This document shows, one piece after another, positions 1 to 17,436 of a DNA stretch of 64,000 bases. The DNA is taken from positions 151,466,001 through 151,530,000 of the forward strand of contig OZ024742.1 of NCBI GenBank assembly GCA_964016885.1, given 5' to 3'. Below the pieces are notes generated by a model. That model was not told where the DNA came from. It saw only the letters and a list, made by a program, of their open reading frames with translations, and did no database searches. The translations under genes and the position numbers were made by a program. This DNA is from Eledone cirrhosa. Lineage: Eukaryota. Every line of letters starts with the position of its first letter. Positions within the stretch are counted from its first letter, which is position 1.

Positions 1-945
1 CTCAGGCGCTCACAGTCCTCTGGCAAGCGGGCGCAGCAATCAGTGGAGACTCCACTTCGACATTCTATAGAGGGTTTGTACGTTACAAGGGCGACAACGT
101 ACTCGGAGAGACTCTGGGCGTCGAAGACAATGAGCTCACCAGTCTGTTTGGTAGGACTTTCCGCCCGGGAATTATGGACAGCTTCCAGAGGTCCCTGGCC
201 TGGCAGTGCTACCGAGGAACTCTACCGGTTCGTGACAAGATCTATAGGCACGGACGCCCCGGCAGGGATCCTTCCAAGAGGACGTGTCCAAGATGTGCGC
301 AGGATATTGAAACAGTGCTGCACGCAATTGTACACTGCCCGGCGTAACCGACCTGTGGAACTATGCAGAACAACTGTTGTTGCGTATGGGCCAAATCCAG
401 TTGACTGCCGAGTCCATAGTAAGGATCAAACCGCCAGCCTCTTTCAAAAACGAAAGAGAGGCGGTTTTCCTCTGTACAGTGGCTATGGTGAAAGAAGTTA
501 TATGGTGGACGAGATTGAGAGGACAGATGCCCTTCTCTCCGGACAACAATTGATTCCCTTCTTTCAGTATCACTTTAGAGGGAGAATCAGAGTGGAGAGA
601 GAAACACTGCACCCCAGTAAATTTATTGAAAGGTGGGTGAATGAAGCGAAAATGGCCCGAGTGATTGGGCCTTCTCTGTTTGTAAGCCTGTAGGTTAAAG
701 AAGAGAGCAAAAGGAAGAAAGGAGCACTTGCACAACACGCTCCTGGAGTTGAGGGTTGTTCTATCGACGGGGTATTAAACAACTCATTTGTGGCGCTTCC
801 CCCCTATTGAGGATTTCGATTGTTGTAATTGTTTGTTTTATATTTTTTACACGACTGTATGTAAAATCCCCGGCATGTCTTTGTATTGTCCCCTTTTCTT
901 GTGCGCCCTTGTGGCAAATAAAGAAATCTATCTATCTATCTATCT
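1..945 (+). mobile_element. 3' end of a Tx1-type (L1 clade) non-LTR retrotransposon, frameshifted ORF2 C-terminus plus 3'UTR
   Basis: C-terminus RIRVERE...FIERWVNEAKMARVIGPSLFVSL matches the ORF2 end at 11926; AATAAA at 917-922 followed by (ATCT)n at 926-945. Confidence 0.9.
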
Positions 946-1040
946 CCAACAGGGGGCTCACACATGCGACCCACGAACTACTTATCTGTAGCCCAGGGTA
1001 GAACCAATATTTAATATTGCATTATAACTGGTGAAAATAA

Positions 1041-1252
1041 GGCGTTGAGCTGGTGGAATCGTTAGCACATCTGGCGAAATGCTTAACGGTACTTCTTCCG
1101 TTTTTACGTTCTGAGTTCAAATTCTGCCGATCTCAACTTTGCCTTATATCCTTTTGGGGTCGATGAATTAAGTACCAGTTGAGTACTAGGATCGATGCAA
1201 TCGACTGAACCCTAGACCCCAAATTTCATGCCTTGTTCCTATAGTAGAAATG
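1041..1252 (+). mobile_element. tRNA-derived SINE with 18-bp target-site duplication
   Basis: A-box-like head, B-box GAGTTCAAAT; related to the copies at 30496-31095; ATTATAACTGGTGAAAAT repeated at 1021-1038 and 1253-1270. Confidence 0.85.
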
Positions 1253-1419
1253 ATTATAACTGGTGAAAATCTTCACCCACCACCACGTTTAGCCCATTGT
1301 GCCTCTCCTCCAGGACGTAATAGCCCTTTTGTGTCCTTTAGTTTGAGACCCTCTTCTACACACACAGATACACACACACACACACATATGTATTACTTTT
1401 TTTTTGTCTCTGGAATACG

Positions 1420-1645
1420 CCCATGCTGGAGCATCACCTTGGTAAGTTATGGGGACGTCAACAAACCAACAAGCATTGGTGGGAGGGCAAACACAAACGC
1501 AAAGACACACACAGACATATATACATATATACGAGGGACTTCTTTTAGTTTCGGTCTATCAAATCCACTCACAGGGCTTTGGACGGCCCGGGCAGTGGGA
1601 CTGAACCCGGAAATATGTGGTTGGGAAACAAGCTTCTTGTCACAC

Positions 1646-1648
<3 letters not shown>
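1420..1648 (-). mobile_element. Second tRNA-derived SINE family, degenerate
   Basis: Minus strand reads GTGTGACAAGAAGCTTGTTTCCCAACCACAT...CGGGTTCAGTCCCACTG (A/B-box-like head) with internal CA/TA repeats. Confidence 0.6.
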
Positions 1649-1731
<83 letters not shown>

Positions 1732-1901
1732 ATATATATATATTATACACAGACACACACACATACACACACACACACATATATATATATAGTAATAATA
1801 ATACATTTGAAGACTAAAATCCAAAGAGGGCTCCAAGATATAAATCTACATACATACATATATACAGCGATTCTTTGCTTAAACTTTAATTTGTTATTTT
1901 A

Positions 1902-2044
<143 letters not shown>

Positions 2045-2094
2045 TATATATATACGATATTAACAAATGGAAACTATATTTATAAAACCATATT

Positions 2095-2159
2095 TATTTA
2101 ATTAAACATATTTCAAGGATACCATGTTAAATTATGGTATGCCTTCATCAGACAAAATA
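2095..2159 (-). ncRNA. Type I hammerhead ribozyme fold (inverted copy of 3207-3271)
   Basis: tattttgt-CTGATGA-aggcataccat/atggtatcctt-GAAA-tatgTTTA-attaaata; stems I and III slightly degenerate. Confidence 0.55.
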
Positions 2160-3206
2160 CAATATATACCAGTTTTATCAATAAACATTGACGTACCCTT
2201 TCAAAATGCAACCGTTACTTTTGGAAGACATCAGGATAGTGGGTTTGTTTATTTTAGTAAGTCGTTGTGTTAAGGAGAAGGAAAAAGACGGAGAGAGAGA
2301 GAAACCGAGAGAGAGAAAAGTGGAGAAAAGAAAATTGGGTGAAGATGCACACACATGTTTATATATGTATATCTAAGAATTGTGTGTGTACATGTACATG
2401 TGTACCCATGCAGTTTGATTGCAGATATGCATAATTTAACAGCCATAAATGCATGAAAGTTAATCCTATATATTTATATATATATACTAAAATTTTTTAT
2501 TTAATAACACAAGGAATGTATAGCAGTAATAAAAAAAAATCATTTATGTTTTGTATGTATATATTATATGCGGGAGTAGATATAATGTGTATTTTTTGAG
2601 TGTGTGTGTATATATATATTTATGTATTTTTGCGTATATGTACGTGCTATATGATAGGTAATTTCTCTAGCAATATATATATTTCGTAATGTTTAAATTC
2701 TAATTTTTAATATATTGATCTCAATTTTTAAACTAAATATCTAATCATAATTAAACAATGATTAATTACTCATATTATATATGTATATTCCATTCATGAA
2801 TATTAATATTTCTAATTTTATTTATTCATTTCATCTCAATTGTGAACTCAACTTAATATGACATGACTTAAGGTTTTCGTTCTCTCCCCCTCTCTCTATC
2901 TCTATATTTCTCTCTCTTGATTTTTTCTCTCTGTCTGGTGGTTTGATATCTCTCTGTTGTTTTTCTCTGTTTTCTTTTTTTCTTTTTTCTTTCTTCTTCT
3001 TTTTTCTCTTTTTTTTCTTTATTTATCTCTCCCTTTTTTTCTCCACTTTTCTCTCTCTCGGTTTCTCTCTCTCTCCGTCTTTTTCCTTCTCCTTAACACA
3101 ACGACTTACTAAAATAAACAAACCCACTATCCTGATGTCTTCCAAAAGTAACGGTTGCATTTTGAAAGGGTACGTCAATGTATATTTATAAAACTGGTAT
3201 ATATTG

Positions 3207-3271
3207 TATTTTGTCTGATGAAGGCATACCATAATTTAACATGGTATCCTTGAAATATGTATAATGAAATA
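3207..3271 (+). ncRNA. Type I hammerhead ribozyme fold
   Basis: Stem I tattttgt/atgaaata; core CTGATGA; stem II aggcataccat/atggtatcctt; GAAA; short stem III; predicted AUA cleavage after 3263; AATAAA overlaps the end of stem I. Confidence 0.7.
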
Positions 3272-3322
3272 AATATGGTTTTATAAATATAGTTTCCATT
3301 TGTTAATATCGTATATTTACTC

Positions 3323-3600
<278 letters not shown>

Positions 3601-3707
3601 AACCATCTTTTGATCTTATATTATGCATACTCCAGTCCCACAAACTGTAGAGTGCTTCTTATCCGATATCTGCATTGCTTTATTGTACTACAATAAAACT
3701 CACCTCC

Positions 3708-3826
<119 letters not shown>

Positions 3827-4008
3827 CAAGGTTTAGCAAATAAGAAAAAGTTTTGCATGTAGGGAGACAAACTTTGTTATTATATATATATATATATATA
3901 TATATAAAACCTTTCACACTTAAATATAAATGCATGTATATATAGAAATGTATAAATGCATAGCTATATACATACGCAAATGTATCTATATATGTATGTA
4001 TGTAGATT

Positions 4009-4039
<31 letters not shown>

Positions 4040-4043
4040 GTAG

Positions 4044-4122
<79 letters not shown>

Positions 4123-4229
4123 CATATATTTATATATATATATATATATATAAATCTACATACATTCAACGAATTCCCTAGGGAGATAAAAGAAAATCTA
4201 CATACATATATATATATATATATATAAAT

Positions 4230-4299
<70 letters not shown>

Positions 4300-4580
4300 A
4301 TTTATATATATATATATGTATGTAGATTTTCTTTCATCTCCCAAGGGAATTCGTTGACAAGCTTCTTTTATTTATTTTCTTCGTTTTCTTCATTCAAATC
4401 ACTGGCTGTCTAAGAGACATACAAATATGACTTATAAAACTTACCAAACTAAAGGGGCTTCTAGCGCCATCAAAGTTTCAAACGCCCCCAAACGCCCCTT
4501 ACTGCATAACCCCCCCCCGAACAACGAAACGCTCCCACCCCGGGTATATGCCCCCCCCCCCCCCGTTGAGAACCTTTGTT

Positions 4581-5131
4581 CTAGCCGAAATACCCGCGCC
4601 TTGCTGAGTTTCACACATTTTTTTTTGTAAGAAAATAATGATTGATTTTAAATCAGTGATATAATTTATGGAGAAAAAATAAAGGGAAAATGTTAAAAAA
4701 GTAAAATTGTCATAATTCTAGTGATGTTTTATCATAGATAAAATGTCTAAATTAGTCAAATTTTACTATAAAAGAGACGTGCTTTTTTTGTTGATTTACG
4801 TTTAATTAATAGAAAAACCCCGTGATAATAGAGGTTCCAATACTCAAGTTAAGGGCTTCTAAAATGTTAACTATAGGGGATTTAACCCCCATTAGGGTGT
4901 CTTAATATTATTGAAAGTTGCTGAAAATGTGTGAATAGGCATCATATCTTGTCATTTACCTATTGTTTCATATAAATCGAAGGGGATTTGTGCCCCAGTG
5001 GGCCACCGGGGAACCCTTTGTTTGAAATGAAATATACTTATCCAAGTACCCTGTACAATGTAGTTTCAGAATATATATGGTCTGTCTCCAAACAAACAAA
5101 CAGACAGGAACTACAAGTTTTTATATATAGA
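4581..5131 (-). mobile_element. Non-autonomous Helitron-like element
   Basis: Minus strand begins A|TCTATATATAAAAA followed by CTGT/TTGT repeats, and ends in a GC-rich subterminal segment (CTCAGCAAGGCGCGGGT) then CTAG. Confidence 0.6.
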
Positions 5132-5214
5132 TTGAAATGGCAAGACCTCAGCCGTCGGCTACCAACTCTTTAGAATATAAATATATGTGTATGCGTGTAT
5201 CTATCTATCTATCT

Positions 5215-6454
5215 ACACAAAAACAAAAGTATGGAAAGACATACGGCACAAAAAAATATTGAACAAGAGAAAAACACAACTTCACGAATGAATTCCACAA
5301 CCACAAATCAAGCAATTGAGAACTACAAAAACAACAACAACAACAACAACCACAACAATGACGACGACAACAACAACAACAACAACATCAACAATGATGA
5401 CAACAACACCAACAGCAGCAACAGTAATGACAACAACACCAACAAGAACAACTCCACAAACAAGGAAAAAAAGGTTTCATTTGTACAAACTGTCCAAAAG
5501 ACAGAACTATATACACAGACTGACATCTCTAATGCCAGAGAATTGCTAAGAGATGCCAAGCAATATATAACTTTTGGGGAGAATGACGCTTTTAGCATCA
5601 CTTCTCCCAAAGAATTGCGTAGAGATACTGTCCTGAAAACGATAGTTTTAAGGACAATCTCAAATACCATCAGAAAACCAGCTGAATTAACTCAAAACGA
5701 AATTGAGCTGGTTCTAAGAAACTCCATGAAGGACATTATCTTCATACAGAGGGGAAAACTCTTCGGGAGTTTAGCAATAATAATGAAAGACCAATTGACG
5801 GCACAGAAATATTCTGTGTCGCCAATTGTGTCCCCCTCTACACCTTTTTCCACACATACATGGGAAAAAGGACCCCAAAAATAAAAGTAACAAATATCAC
5901 ACCAAATGTAAACATCTGGTGGATATTAGCTGGTTTCCTCAATTTTGATGAAGATACAGTAATTTCGGTAGGAAAGTCCTCCAGGGGCATATTCAACGGT
6001 ACAAGCTTAGAAGTTCTGGTTCAAATGAGACCAGAACGGATAGCTAGAATACCACAACGTGCCTCTGGATGCAAATTCCTACATAAACATTTCTGTTGAG
6101 GGTAGGCGGCCTTTATGTTATCAGTGTTTAGGCAGTGGTCACCTGAGGGTTCCTGTTCTCAATTAACTGCATAAAAAAGGCGCTACTGCCGACACCCAAC
6201 ACAACAACACAACCACCACCACCACCACCACAACAACAACAACACACTAAAATAACAAAAACAAACCAAACTGCAAACACAGTCCCACCCAACCCCTCCC
6301 CACCTAAAACAACTCCAAAAATACCCACAAGCACGCCTCCCCAAAACATACCCCTCCCCAAATTGTATGTAAACTTCCCCCTTTGTATTTGTCCCGTTCT
6401 TTTGTGCCCCTGTGGCTAATAAAGATATCTATCTATCTATCTATCTATCTATCT
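5215..6454 (+). mobile_element. Tx1-type derivative: frameshifted ORF1 joined directly to the last ~60 nt of 3'UTR, no ORF2
   Basis: ORFs 5195-5884 and 5860-6099 are homologous to ORF1 at 6657; knuckle remnant near 6115; abrupt switch to 3'UTR at ~6362; AATAAA 6418-6423; (ATCT)n on both sides. Confidence 0.8.
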
Positions 6455-6656
6455 TGATAGAGTAAGACACGCTTCGCATCGGCTCCGCTATTCCATCGGG
6501 ATTTACCCTTACTATTGTAAGTACCGGATAAATTTTTTAGTGCAACACATTTGGAACACTAACCCCTGTTATTTAGGGAAACATTTTTGCATTTACCCCC
6601 TTTTTAGGGGGTAAAATAAATATCTATTTTTGCCGAAAAATTTCTTTCTTGGCAGC

Positions 6657-8492
6657 ATGGCGGAAAAGATGGCAGACATGTCTGCCATTAGCTCTGCCAC
6701 GCCCCCCAAGTCTGAAGAACAAAAAATAATTACAACAAAATTAGACATTGAAACAAACAAACAAAATGAAAAAACAAATGTTAAGGAAAATGAGCAAACA
6801 GAAAACAAACAAACAGAAAATAATACAAATAACGACAGGGCAACTTTCGCCCAGAAAACAAAGCAATCCATTACATACACACCAATTGACCTAACTGCCG
6901 CCAGAGAAAAACTGGCCGAAGCAAAGAAACATATTGTTTTGGGGGAGAATGGAATGTTTTCCATTAACTCCCCCCCAGAATTCAAGAAAGCCAGAGCAGA
7001 AAACACAGTTATATACAGAACTATACTAAACCAGTCAAGAAAGCCAGCACAGCCCAGCCAAATGGAAATAGAGTTAGTCCTAAAAGACTATATGAAGAAT
7101 ATTCTCTTCATACGAAAGGACCGACTCTATGGCAGCATTTCGGTCCTAACAAGAGACAAAGAAACGGCGGTTCAGCTTTCCCTAAGCCCACTCTCGTCGA
7201 CAACATATAGCTTCTATCCCTCCTACATGGGTAGAAGAACACAGAGGATAAAAGTAAAAACAATGCTGCCCACAATGGACTTCTGGTGGGCTATTGCTGG
7301 CTTCATTGATATGGGCGAAGACACTATGCTGTCAATGGGGAAGGCAACTGGAGATGCGTTCCTGGGAATGGGCCTCGACATACTAGTCCAAATGAGGCCC
7401 GAAAGAATAGCACAAATCCCGGATCGCATCTGGCTGGATGACCTTACCCCAATAGACATAATTGTAGAGGGGAGAAGACCAGCATGCTATTTATGCATGG
7501 AAAGGGGACACGTTAAGGCTAACTGCCCGAAACGTATCCCCCAAAAAGGACTATTGCCCACACCCACCACAAACAGTACACCAGCACCACCCACCTCCAA
7601 AAATACACTAATACCACACACAGCAAACAAAATACAGACACCACCAACCACAAACACAACACAAACATCACCACCACCAGCACCAAACACAAGCACGACA
7701 CAAAAATCACCACCACCAACCACAACACAAACATCACCACCACCATTACCAACCACAAGCACGACACAAACATTACCACCACCACCACCACAAAACCCAT
7801 TCCAAACAAATAATAAAAAAAACAGTAACAAATCTACCCCTCCCGCAAAAAAAAAACAACCACACAACACGTCCCTCCCACCTAGCGCTGAAGAGTTTCC
7901 CCCAACTTCTGAAGAAGAAGGAGGAGAAGCCTTCAGACAAGTTAAAAGAAAAAAAAGAAAACACACACCCAGCACACCACAAATAACCCACACACAAACA
8001 CCAACTCCAATCAAAAACACCCAACCCTCAACAAACAAAAATAAATCTGCGCCTCCCCTCTCCGAAACATTGACAGCATCACAAAAAAAGACGTTGCAAT
8101 ACACATATATAAATAAAGAAAACAAAAAACTGGTTAAATTAATAAACAATAACCCTATGGTGCAGACCGAAGGGCCAAACTTTATCTCAACAGAGAACTT
8201 CACCCATTTAAAAATGATAAAGGTCCCTCTGGACCTTTATCGTTCCTTAAAAGAACAATTTAGACGGGACGTGAGCCCCCCCTGTTTAAAACCGTTGAAT
8301 CGCGTCCTCTTGAAAGATTTCCCCATAACCGCCCCTCTCCCTGACACAACTCCAAATACCCCAACCCCACCACACACGTGTACCCCCACACCACCACAAA
8401 ACATCCCTCCACCCAACACACCTGATGCCATGGAAATTACGCAACCCGGAGAGGTAAGTGCTTTTCTTTCTTCACTTTCAACACCAAAATAG
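6657..8492 (+). CDS. Tx1 ORF1 (gag-like nucleic-acid-binding protein)
   Basis: ~610 aa open frame from ATG 6657; CYLCMERGHVKANC zinc knuckle; Pro/Thr-rich linker; basic KRKKRK motif. Confidence 0.85.
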   Translation: MAEKMADMSAISSATPPKSEEQKIITTKLDIETNKQNEKTNVKENEQTENKQTENNTNNDRATFAQKTKQSITYTPIDLTAAREKLAEAKKHIVLGENGMFSINSPPEFKKARAENTVIYRTILNQSRKPAQPSQMEIELVLKDYMKNILFIRKDRLYGSISVLTRDKETAVQLSLSPLSSTTYSFYPSYMGRRTQRIKVKTMLPTMDFWWAIAGFIDMGEDTMLSMGKATGDAFLGMGLDILVQMRPERIAQIPDRIWLDDLTPIDIIVEGRRPACYLCMERGHVKANCPKRIPQKGLLPTPTTNSTPAPPTSKNTLIPHTANKIQTPPTTNTTQTSPPPAPNTSTTQKSPPPTTTQTSPPPLPTTSTTQTLPPPPPQNPFQTNNKKNSNKSTPPAKKKQPHNTSLPPSAEEFPPTSEEEGGEAFRQVKRKKRKHTPSTPQITHTQTPTPIKNTQPSTNKNKSAPPLSETLTASQKKTLQYTYINKENKKLVKLINNNPMVQTEGPNFISTENFTHLKMIKVPLDLYRSLKEQFRRDVSPPCLKPLNRVLLKDFPITAPLPDTTPNTPTPPHTCTPTPPQNIPPPNTPDAMEITQPGEVSAFLSSLSTPK

Positions 8493-11400
8493 ATCAATTG
8501 AGAGTTGGCTGTTTGAACGCGCGTGGCCTGAGCTCAGCTTGGAAGCAAGCAAAGCTTCTAAGTGACCTCAGGTCACAAAGTATAGATGTGATGGTTGTTT
8601 GCGAGAGTCGGATCAGCAGCGTGAGACAGCTGGCGCCCGCCTTCGATGACTTTGAGATGCACGCATCTCTCTGTCAACCCGGAGGCGGGGGGGGAGTTGC
8701 CGTACTGCTGGATAAACGTCTGACTCTCGACGTACAGATTGTTCACTCGGACCCGGGGGGTCGATTACTGGTGCTGGACGTCGGAGGTGGTGAAGGCGGG
8801 GCTTTCAGACTGGTCGGTCTTTATGCTCCCTTCGGGGCGGAGAGAGCCGACTTCTTCCAACGTCTGGAGACTTTTCTAGGAACGTCGCGTTCCCTGCTTT
8901 TAGTGGGGGACTGGAATGGAATCCTAGATGCGCGTTGGGACTATGCAGGGGCATGTCCCGATAGAGGGGGGTGTAGCAGCCTCAAGGGGTTACTCGATCG
9001 ATTCGACCTGGTCGATAGATTTCGACTAGATTGTCCAACTGCGCCAACCTGGACCTGGGCAAACCGCAGTGGACAATCTAGATCGTACCTAGATAGGTTT
9101 TTGGTTAGGAGTAAGGATAGGGACGTATTTAGTTGTCCAGAACTGATCATGGTTGGCTATTCAGATCACAAATTAGTGACCTGCGTGGTCAACCTTGATA
9201 GAACGCATAGACAGGGTCCCGGTTACTGGAAGATGAACTTGTCCTTACCGACAAAGAAAGATTACAGGAACCGGATTAGTAGCTTAGTTAAGATGCGGTT
9301 GACGGGAGCGATCGTCAACAGTAGGTGGTGGATATCTCTAAAGAGAGAGATTAGAGTAAGTTCGATAGGTTACAGTAAGGAACTAGCGGCGAATAGAAAT
9401 AGGAGGGAAAGGGAGTTAACAGATAAACTAGAAGAGGCGATTAGGAGCGGAGACGTAGCCAGAGTGTTAGCAACGAGAACGGCATTGAGCCAGTTCTTTG
9501 ACGCGAAGCACGAAGGCTGCGTTGTCCGAAGTAAAATACGTGCTTTAGGAAACGAGGGGACCAAAGCTGTTAGCTGGGCCCGCGTGACAGAAGCCAAGAG
9601 TGGGATTAAATCCACCATTCGGTCTTTGCGAGACCAGGATGGACGGGTGATCCTTGAACCTGAGCGAATGTGCGAGACCTTTCAAAGGCACTTTGCTCGA
9701 CTGTTCGGAGGTGGCGGGGGGCCGGACGGGGATGTGGACTTCGGTCCATACCTCGACGGTCTACCGCGTCTTTCGAGCGGCGAAGCGGAGTGCTGCGAAG
9801 GGCCAATCACAGCCACTGAAATCGGGGAAGCGCTCAGCCAATGCAGCAGACGCAAATCCCCGGGTCTCGATGGTCTACCATACGAACTTTATTTAGCTAT
9901 GCCGGTCTTGTTCTCCGAACTCCTCGAGGCTGTCTATTGCAACTGGCAACAGAACGGGAGAATTCCCTGTTCTGTGACCAAGGGCGTGGTCACGCTAGTG
10001 AGGAAGGACGAGAGCAAGGGGGACGACTTAAGTAACTTTAGGCCCATAACTCTGCTGAATGCAGAGTTACAGATTTTGGCCAAGGTGTTGGCGAAGAGGT
10101 TGGCGCTTGTGGTGGGTGGTTTGGTGGGAGACGCGCAGACATGCGCTATCCCGTCCAGGTCCATTCACGACAACCTCCACCTCATGCGATACATCATAGA
10201 GAGGGTTGGCTACGAACCCGGCTTTGGTGGGGCCCTGATCAACTTGGATCAATCTAAGGTGTTCGATAGGGTCGACCATGGTTACCTGGATGCGGTGCTA
10301 GCGGCGGCGGGCTTCGGACCCGTTTTCAGGGGCTGGATTTCTGCCATGCACAGTGGCAACATCTACTCTAGGATTAAAGTAAACGGCTACCTCTCGGAGC
10401 CGTTTCAAATCACCCGATCCATCAGACAGGGGTGCCCCCTCTCCTCCCTTCTGTACGTATTGACTCTCGAGCCACTGCTGCGGAAGTTGGAGTTGCTGCG
10501 GGGCATACCCCTGGAACCGGGATTGCACAAAGCGGTCTCGGCCTATGCCGACGACGTAACAGTAATGGTGGCGGACGCCTCGGAAATCGGGGCGATCGCC
10601 ACCCTACTGGAGGAATACGAAAGGCTGACGGGGGCTAAGCTGAACCAGGACAAGTCAGTCGGTTTGCAACTCGGAACGTGGAGGGGCAAACCGATGCCGT
10701 TAGACGGTGTCGTCGGGCAGTGGACGGAGGGCCCGGTGAAGCTGCTCGGGGTCTGGTTCGGACCGGACCTCCAGGTGGAGAAGAATTGGGGCGAGGTGAC
10801 GAGCAGGGTGTTTGCGCTGACCCAGAAGTGGGCCAAGTGCAAACTATCACTGAAAGGTCGGGCGGAGGTGACGAACGCTTACATAGCGTCCGTCATCTAC
10901 TACCGCCTGACCATCGTGCCTTGCCCCAAGGAAAAGCTCACCATCATGGAACGCATGCTCTTCCAGTTCCTCTGGAAGAAGCGGCCTCCCATGGTGAGGA
11001 GATCCATCTGCTGCCAGCACCCTTCGAAAGGAGGGCTGGGTATGCCGTGGCTGTTGATGCGTAGGCACGCATTGAGGCTACGGCATCTACAGGTATTCCT
11101 CAACGGTCAGCCGGTGTGGGCCCCGTTTGTGAGGCGAGCCTTCCCACAGCTCGTCTCGCTCACCGAACTGCAATCCTGGGTGAAGCAAAGACCGAGAAAA
11201 CTGGGCAACTGGCACACTGAGTGTGCCCAGGCGCTCACGGCTATCTGGCAAGCGGACCCGACTGTCAGTGGAGAATCCACCTCGACATTCTATAGAGGGT
11301 TGGTGGCTAGCAGGGGCGACGACACCCTTGGAGAGTCGCTAGGCATGGAGGAGGACGAACTGGCCAGCCTGTTCGGTAGAACTTTCGGCCCGGGACCCAT

Positions 11401-11926
11401 GGACAACTTCCAGAGGTCCCTAGCCTGGCAGTGTTACCGGGGGGCTCTGCCCGTTCGAGAAAAGCTCTACAGACACGGGCGCCCGGGCAGGGATCCCGCG
11501 AAAAAGATCTGTCCCAGATGCGTGCGCGACGAGGAAACCGTTGCGCATGCACTGGTACACTGCCCGGGCGTTGCCGATCTGTGGGGCTACGTCGAACGAC
11601 TGCTGTCGCGTGTGGCGCCGATTCGATTAACCGCCGAGTCTGTGGTGAACATCAAGCCGCCTCCTCCCTTCAGAAATGAAGCAGAGGCGGTCTTTCTGTG
11701 CGTAATAGCCATGATGAAAGAGGTTGTGTGGTGGACGCGCCTGAAAGGTCTGAGGTCGGGTGACTTTCTCTCCGGCCATCACCTGGTTTACTTCTTCCGA
11801 TACCACTTCGGAAGAAGAATCAGGATGGAGAGAGAAGTGCTTGGTCCCAGACAGTTTTATGAAAGGTGGGTGAAAGAAGCGAGAATGGCCCGTGTAAATG
11901 GGCCTTCTCTCTACATTGTTCTGTAG
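8489..11926 (+). CDS. Tx1 ORF2: APE endonuclease + reverse transcriptase + C-terminal zinc finger
   Basis: APE motifs LNARG, GDWN, YLDRF, SDH; RT motifs PGLDG, FRPITLLN, RQGCPLS, AYADD; CPRC...HALVHC; the start position is ATA rather than ATG (see findings). Confidence 0.95.
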   Translation: MDQLRVGCLNARGLSSAWKQAKLLSDLRSQSIDVMVVCESRISSVRQLAPAFDDFEMHASLCQPGGGGGVAVLLDKRLTLDVQIVHSDPGGRLLVLDVGGGEGGAFRLVGLYAPFGAERADFFQRLETFLGTSRSLLLVGDWNGILDARWDYAGACPDRGGCSSLKGLLDRFDLVDRFRLDCPTAPTWTWANRSGQSRSYLDRFLVRSKDRDVFSCPELIMVGYSDHKLVTCVVNLDRTHRQGPGYWKMNLSLPTKKDYRNRISSLVKMRLTGAIVNSRWWISLKREIRVSSIGYSKELAANRNRRERELTDKLEEAIRSGDVARVLATRTALSQFFDAKHEGCVVRSKIRALGNEGTKAVSWARVTEAKSGIKSTIRSLRDQDGRVILEPERMCETFQRHFARLFGGGGGPDGDVDFGPYLDGLPRLSSGEAECCEGPITATEIGEALSQCSRRKSPGLDGLPYELYLAMPVLFSELLEAVYCNWQQNGRIPCSVTKGVVTLVRKDESKGDDLSNFRPITLLNAELQILAKVLAKRLALVVGGLVGDAQTCAIPSRSIHDNLHLMRYIIERVGYEPGFGGALINLDQSKVFDRVDHGYLDAVLAAAGFGPVFRGWISAMHSGNIYSRIKVNGYLSEPFQITRSIRQGCPLSSLLYVLTLEPLLRKLELLRGIPLEPGLHKAVSAYADDVTVMVADASEIGAIATLLEEYERLTGAKLNQDKSVGLQLGTWRGKPMPLDGVVGQWTEGPVKLLGVWFGPDLQVEKNWGEVTSRVFALTQKWAKCKLSLKGRAEVTNAYIASVIYYRLTIVPCPKEKLTIMERMLFQFLWKKRPPMVRRSICCQHPSKGGLGMPWLLMRRHALRLRHLQVFLNGQPVWAPFVRRAFPQLVSLTELQSWVKQRPRKLGNWHTECAQALTAIWQADPTVSGESTSTFYRGLVASRGDDTLGESLGMEEDELASLFGRTFGPGPMDNFQRSLAWQCYRGALPVREKLYRHGRPGRDPAKKICPRCVRDEETVAHALVHCPGVADLWGYVERLLSRVAPIRLTAESVVNIKPPPPFRNEAEAVFLCVIAMMKEVVWWTRLKGLRSGDFLSGHHLVYFFRYHFGRRIRMEREVLGPRQFYERWVKEARMARVNGPSLYIVL

Positions 11927-12183
11927 GTGAAGAAGTGAAGAGGAAAGGGGGAGCGCCTCCTCTCTGGGCTTCCCCCGCGAAAAGAGTTGCACACTTTTCG
12001 GGGGTATGTGCAATCCCCAACACGCCCCCTCCCTTTTGAGGACTTTTTATTGTTATATTATTATTGTTATTCCTTTTTTCTTTACTCGATTTATGTAAAC
12101 TCCCCCACTGTGTAAATGTCCCCTTCTTTTGTGCCCTCGTGGCAAATAAATAGAAATTTATCTATCTATCTATCTATCTATCT

Positions 12184-17017
<4,834 letters not shown>

Positions 17018-17306
17018 CATCCAAACATGTAGATAAGCTTGATAGTACGTATATAAAATATGTTTAGTTAAAGCCTTCTGTATCTAACAGCTTTGTAGTA
17101 ACTGGGAATGAAATTATTTCAGATATATACTTGAAGGTTTCCAACAACCAACTTCAGAAAACAGATTCTCTAACCGCCCGAGGTGTCAGAGTAATACAAT
17201 GCAATCAAACCGACATTTTTCTTTTCATTTTATCCATCCAATGACGATTGTAGCCGTCTCGATATATCTCCTTCTAGGGATTTCAAATCCTATATGTCTA
17301 TTACAT

Positions 17307-17436
<130 letters not shown>

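Larger units (their letters stand above)
2051..3315. repeat. ~280-bp inverted repeat pair (2051-2329 / 3037-3315), each arm carrying a hammerhead fold; PLE terminal repeat-like
   Basis: Arms are near-identical reverse complements (ORFs 2188+ and 3023- give the same peptide), with a few mismatches; AT-rich spacer; left arm abuts (TA)n. Confidence 0.85.
6455..12183 (+). mobile_element. Full-length Tx1-type (L1 clade) non-LTR retrotransposon
   Basis: 5'UTR, ORF1 with CCHC knuckle, uninterrupted APE-RT-ZnF ORF2, 3'UTR, AATAAA 12145-12150; (ATCT)n at both ends. Confidence 0.95.

Noticed and set aside
4560-4578. CCCCGTTGAGAACCTTTG resembling a hAT/Charlie right TIR
   Set aside because: No matching left TIR or 8-bp TSD found
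8941-12023. Antisense and alternate-frame ORFs over Tx1 ORF2
   Set aside because: Expected shadows of a GC-rich coding sequence; no independent motifs
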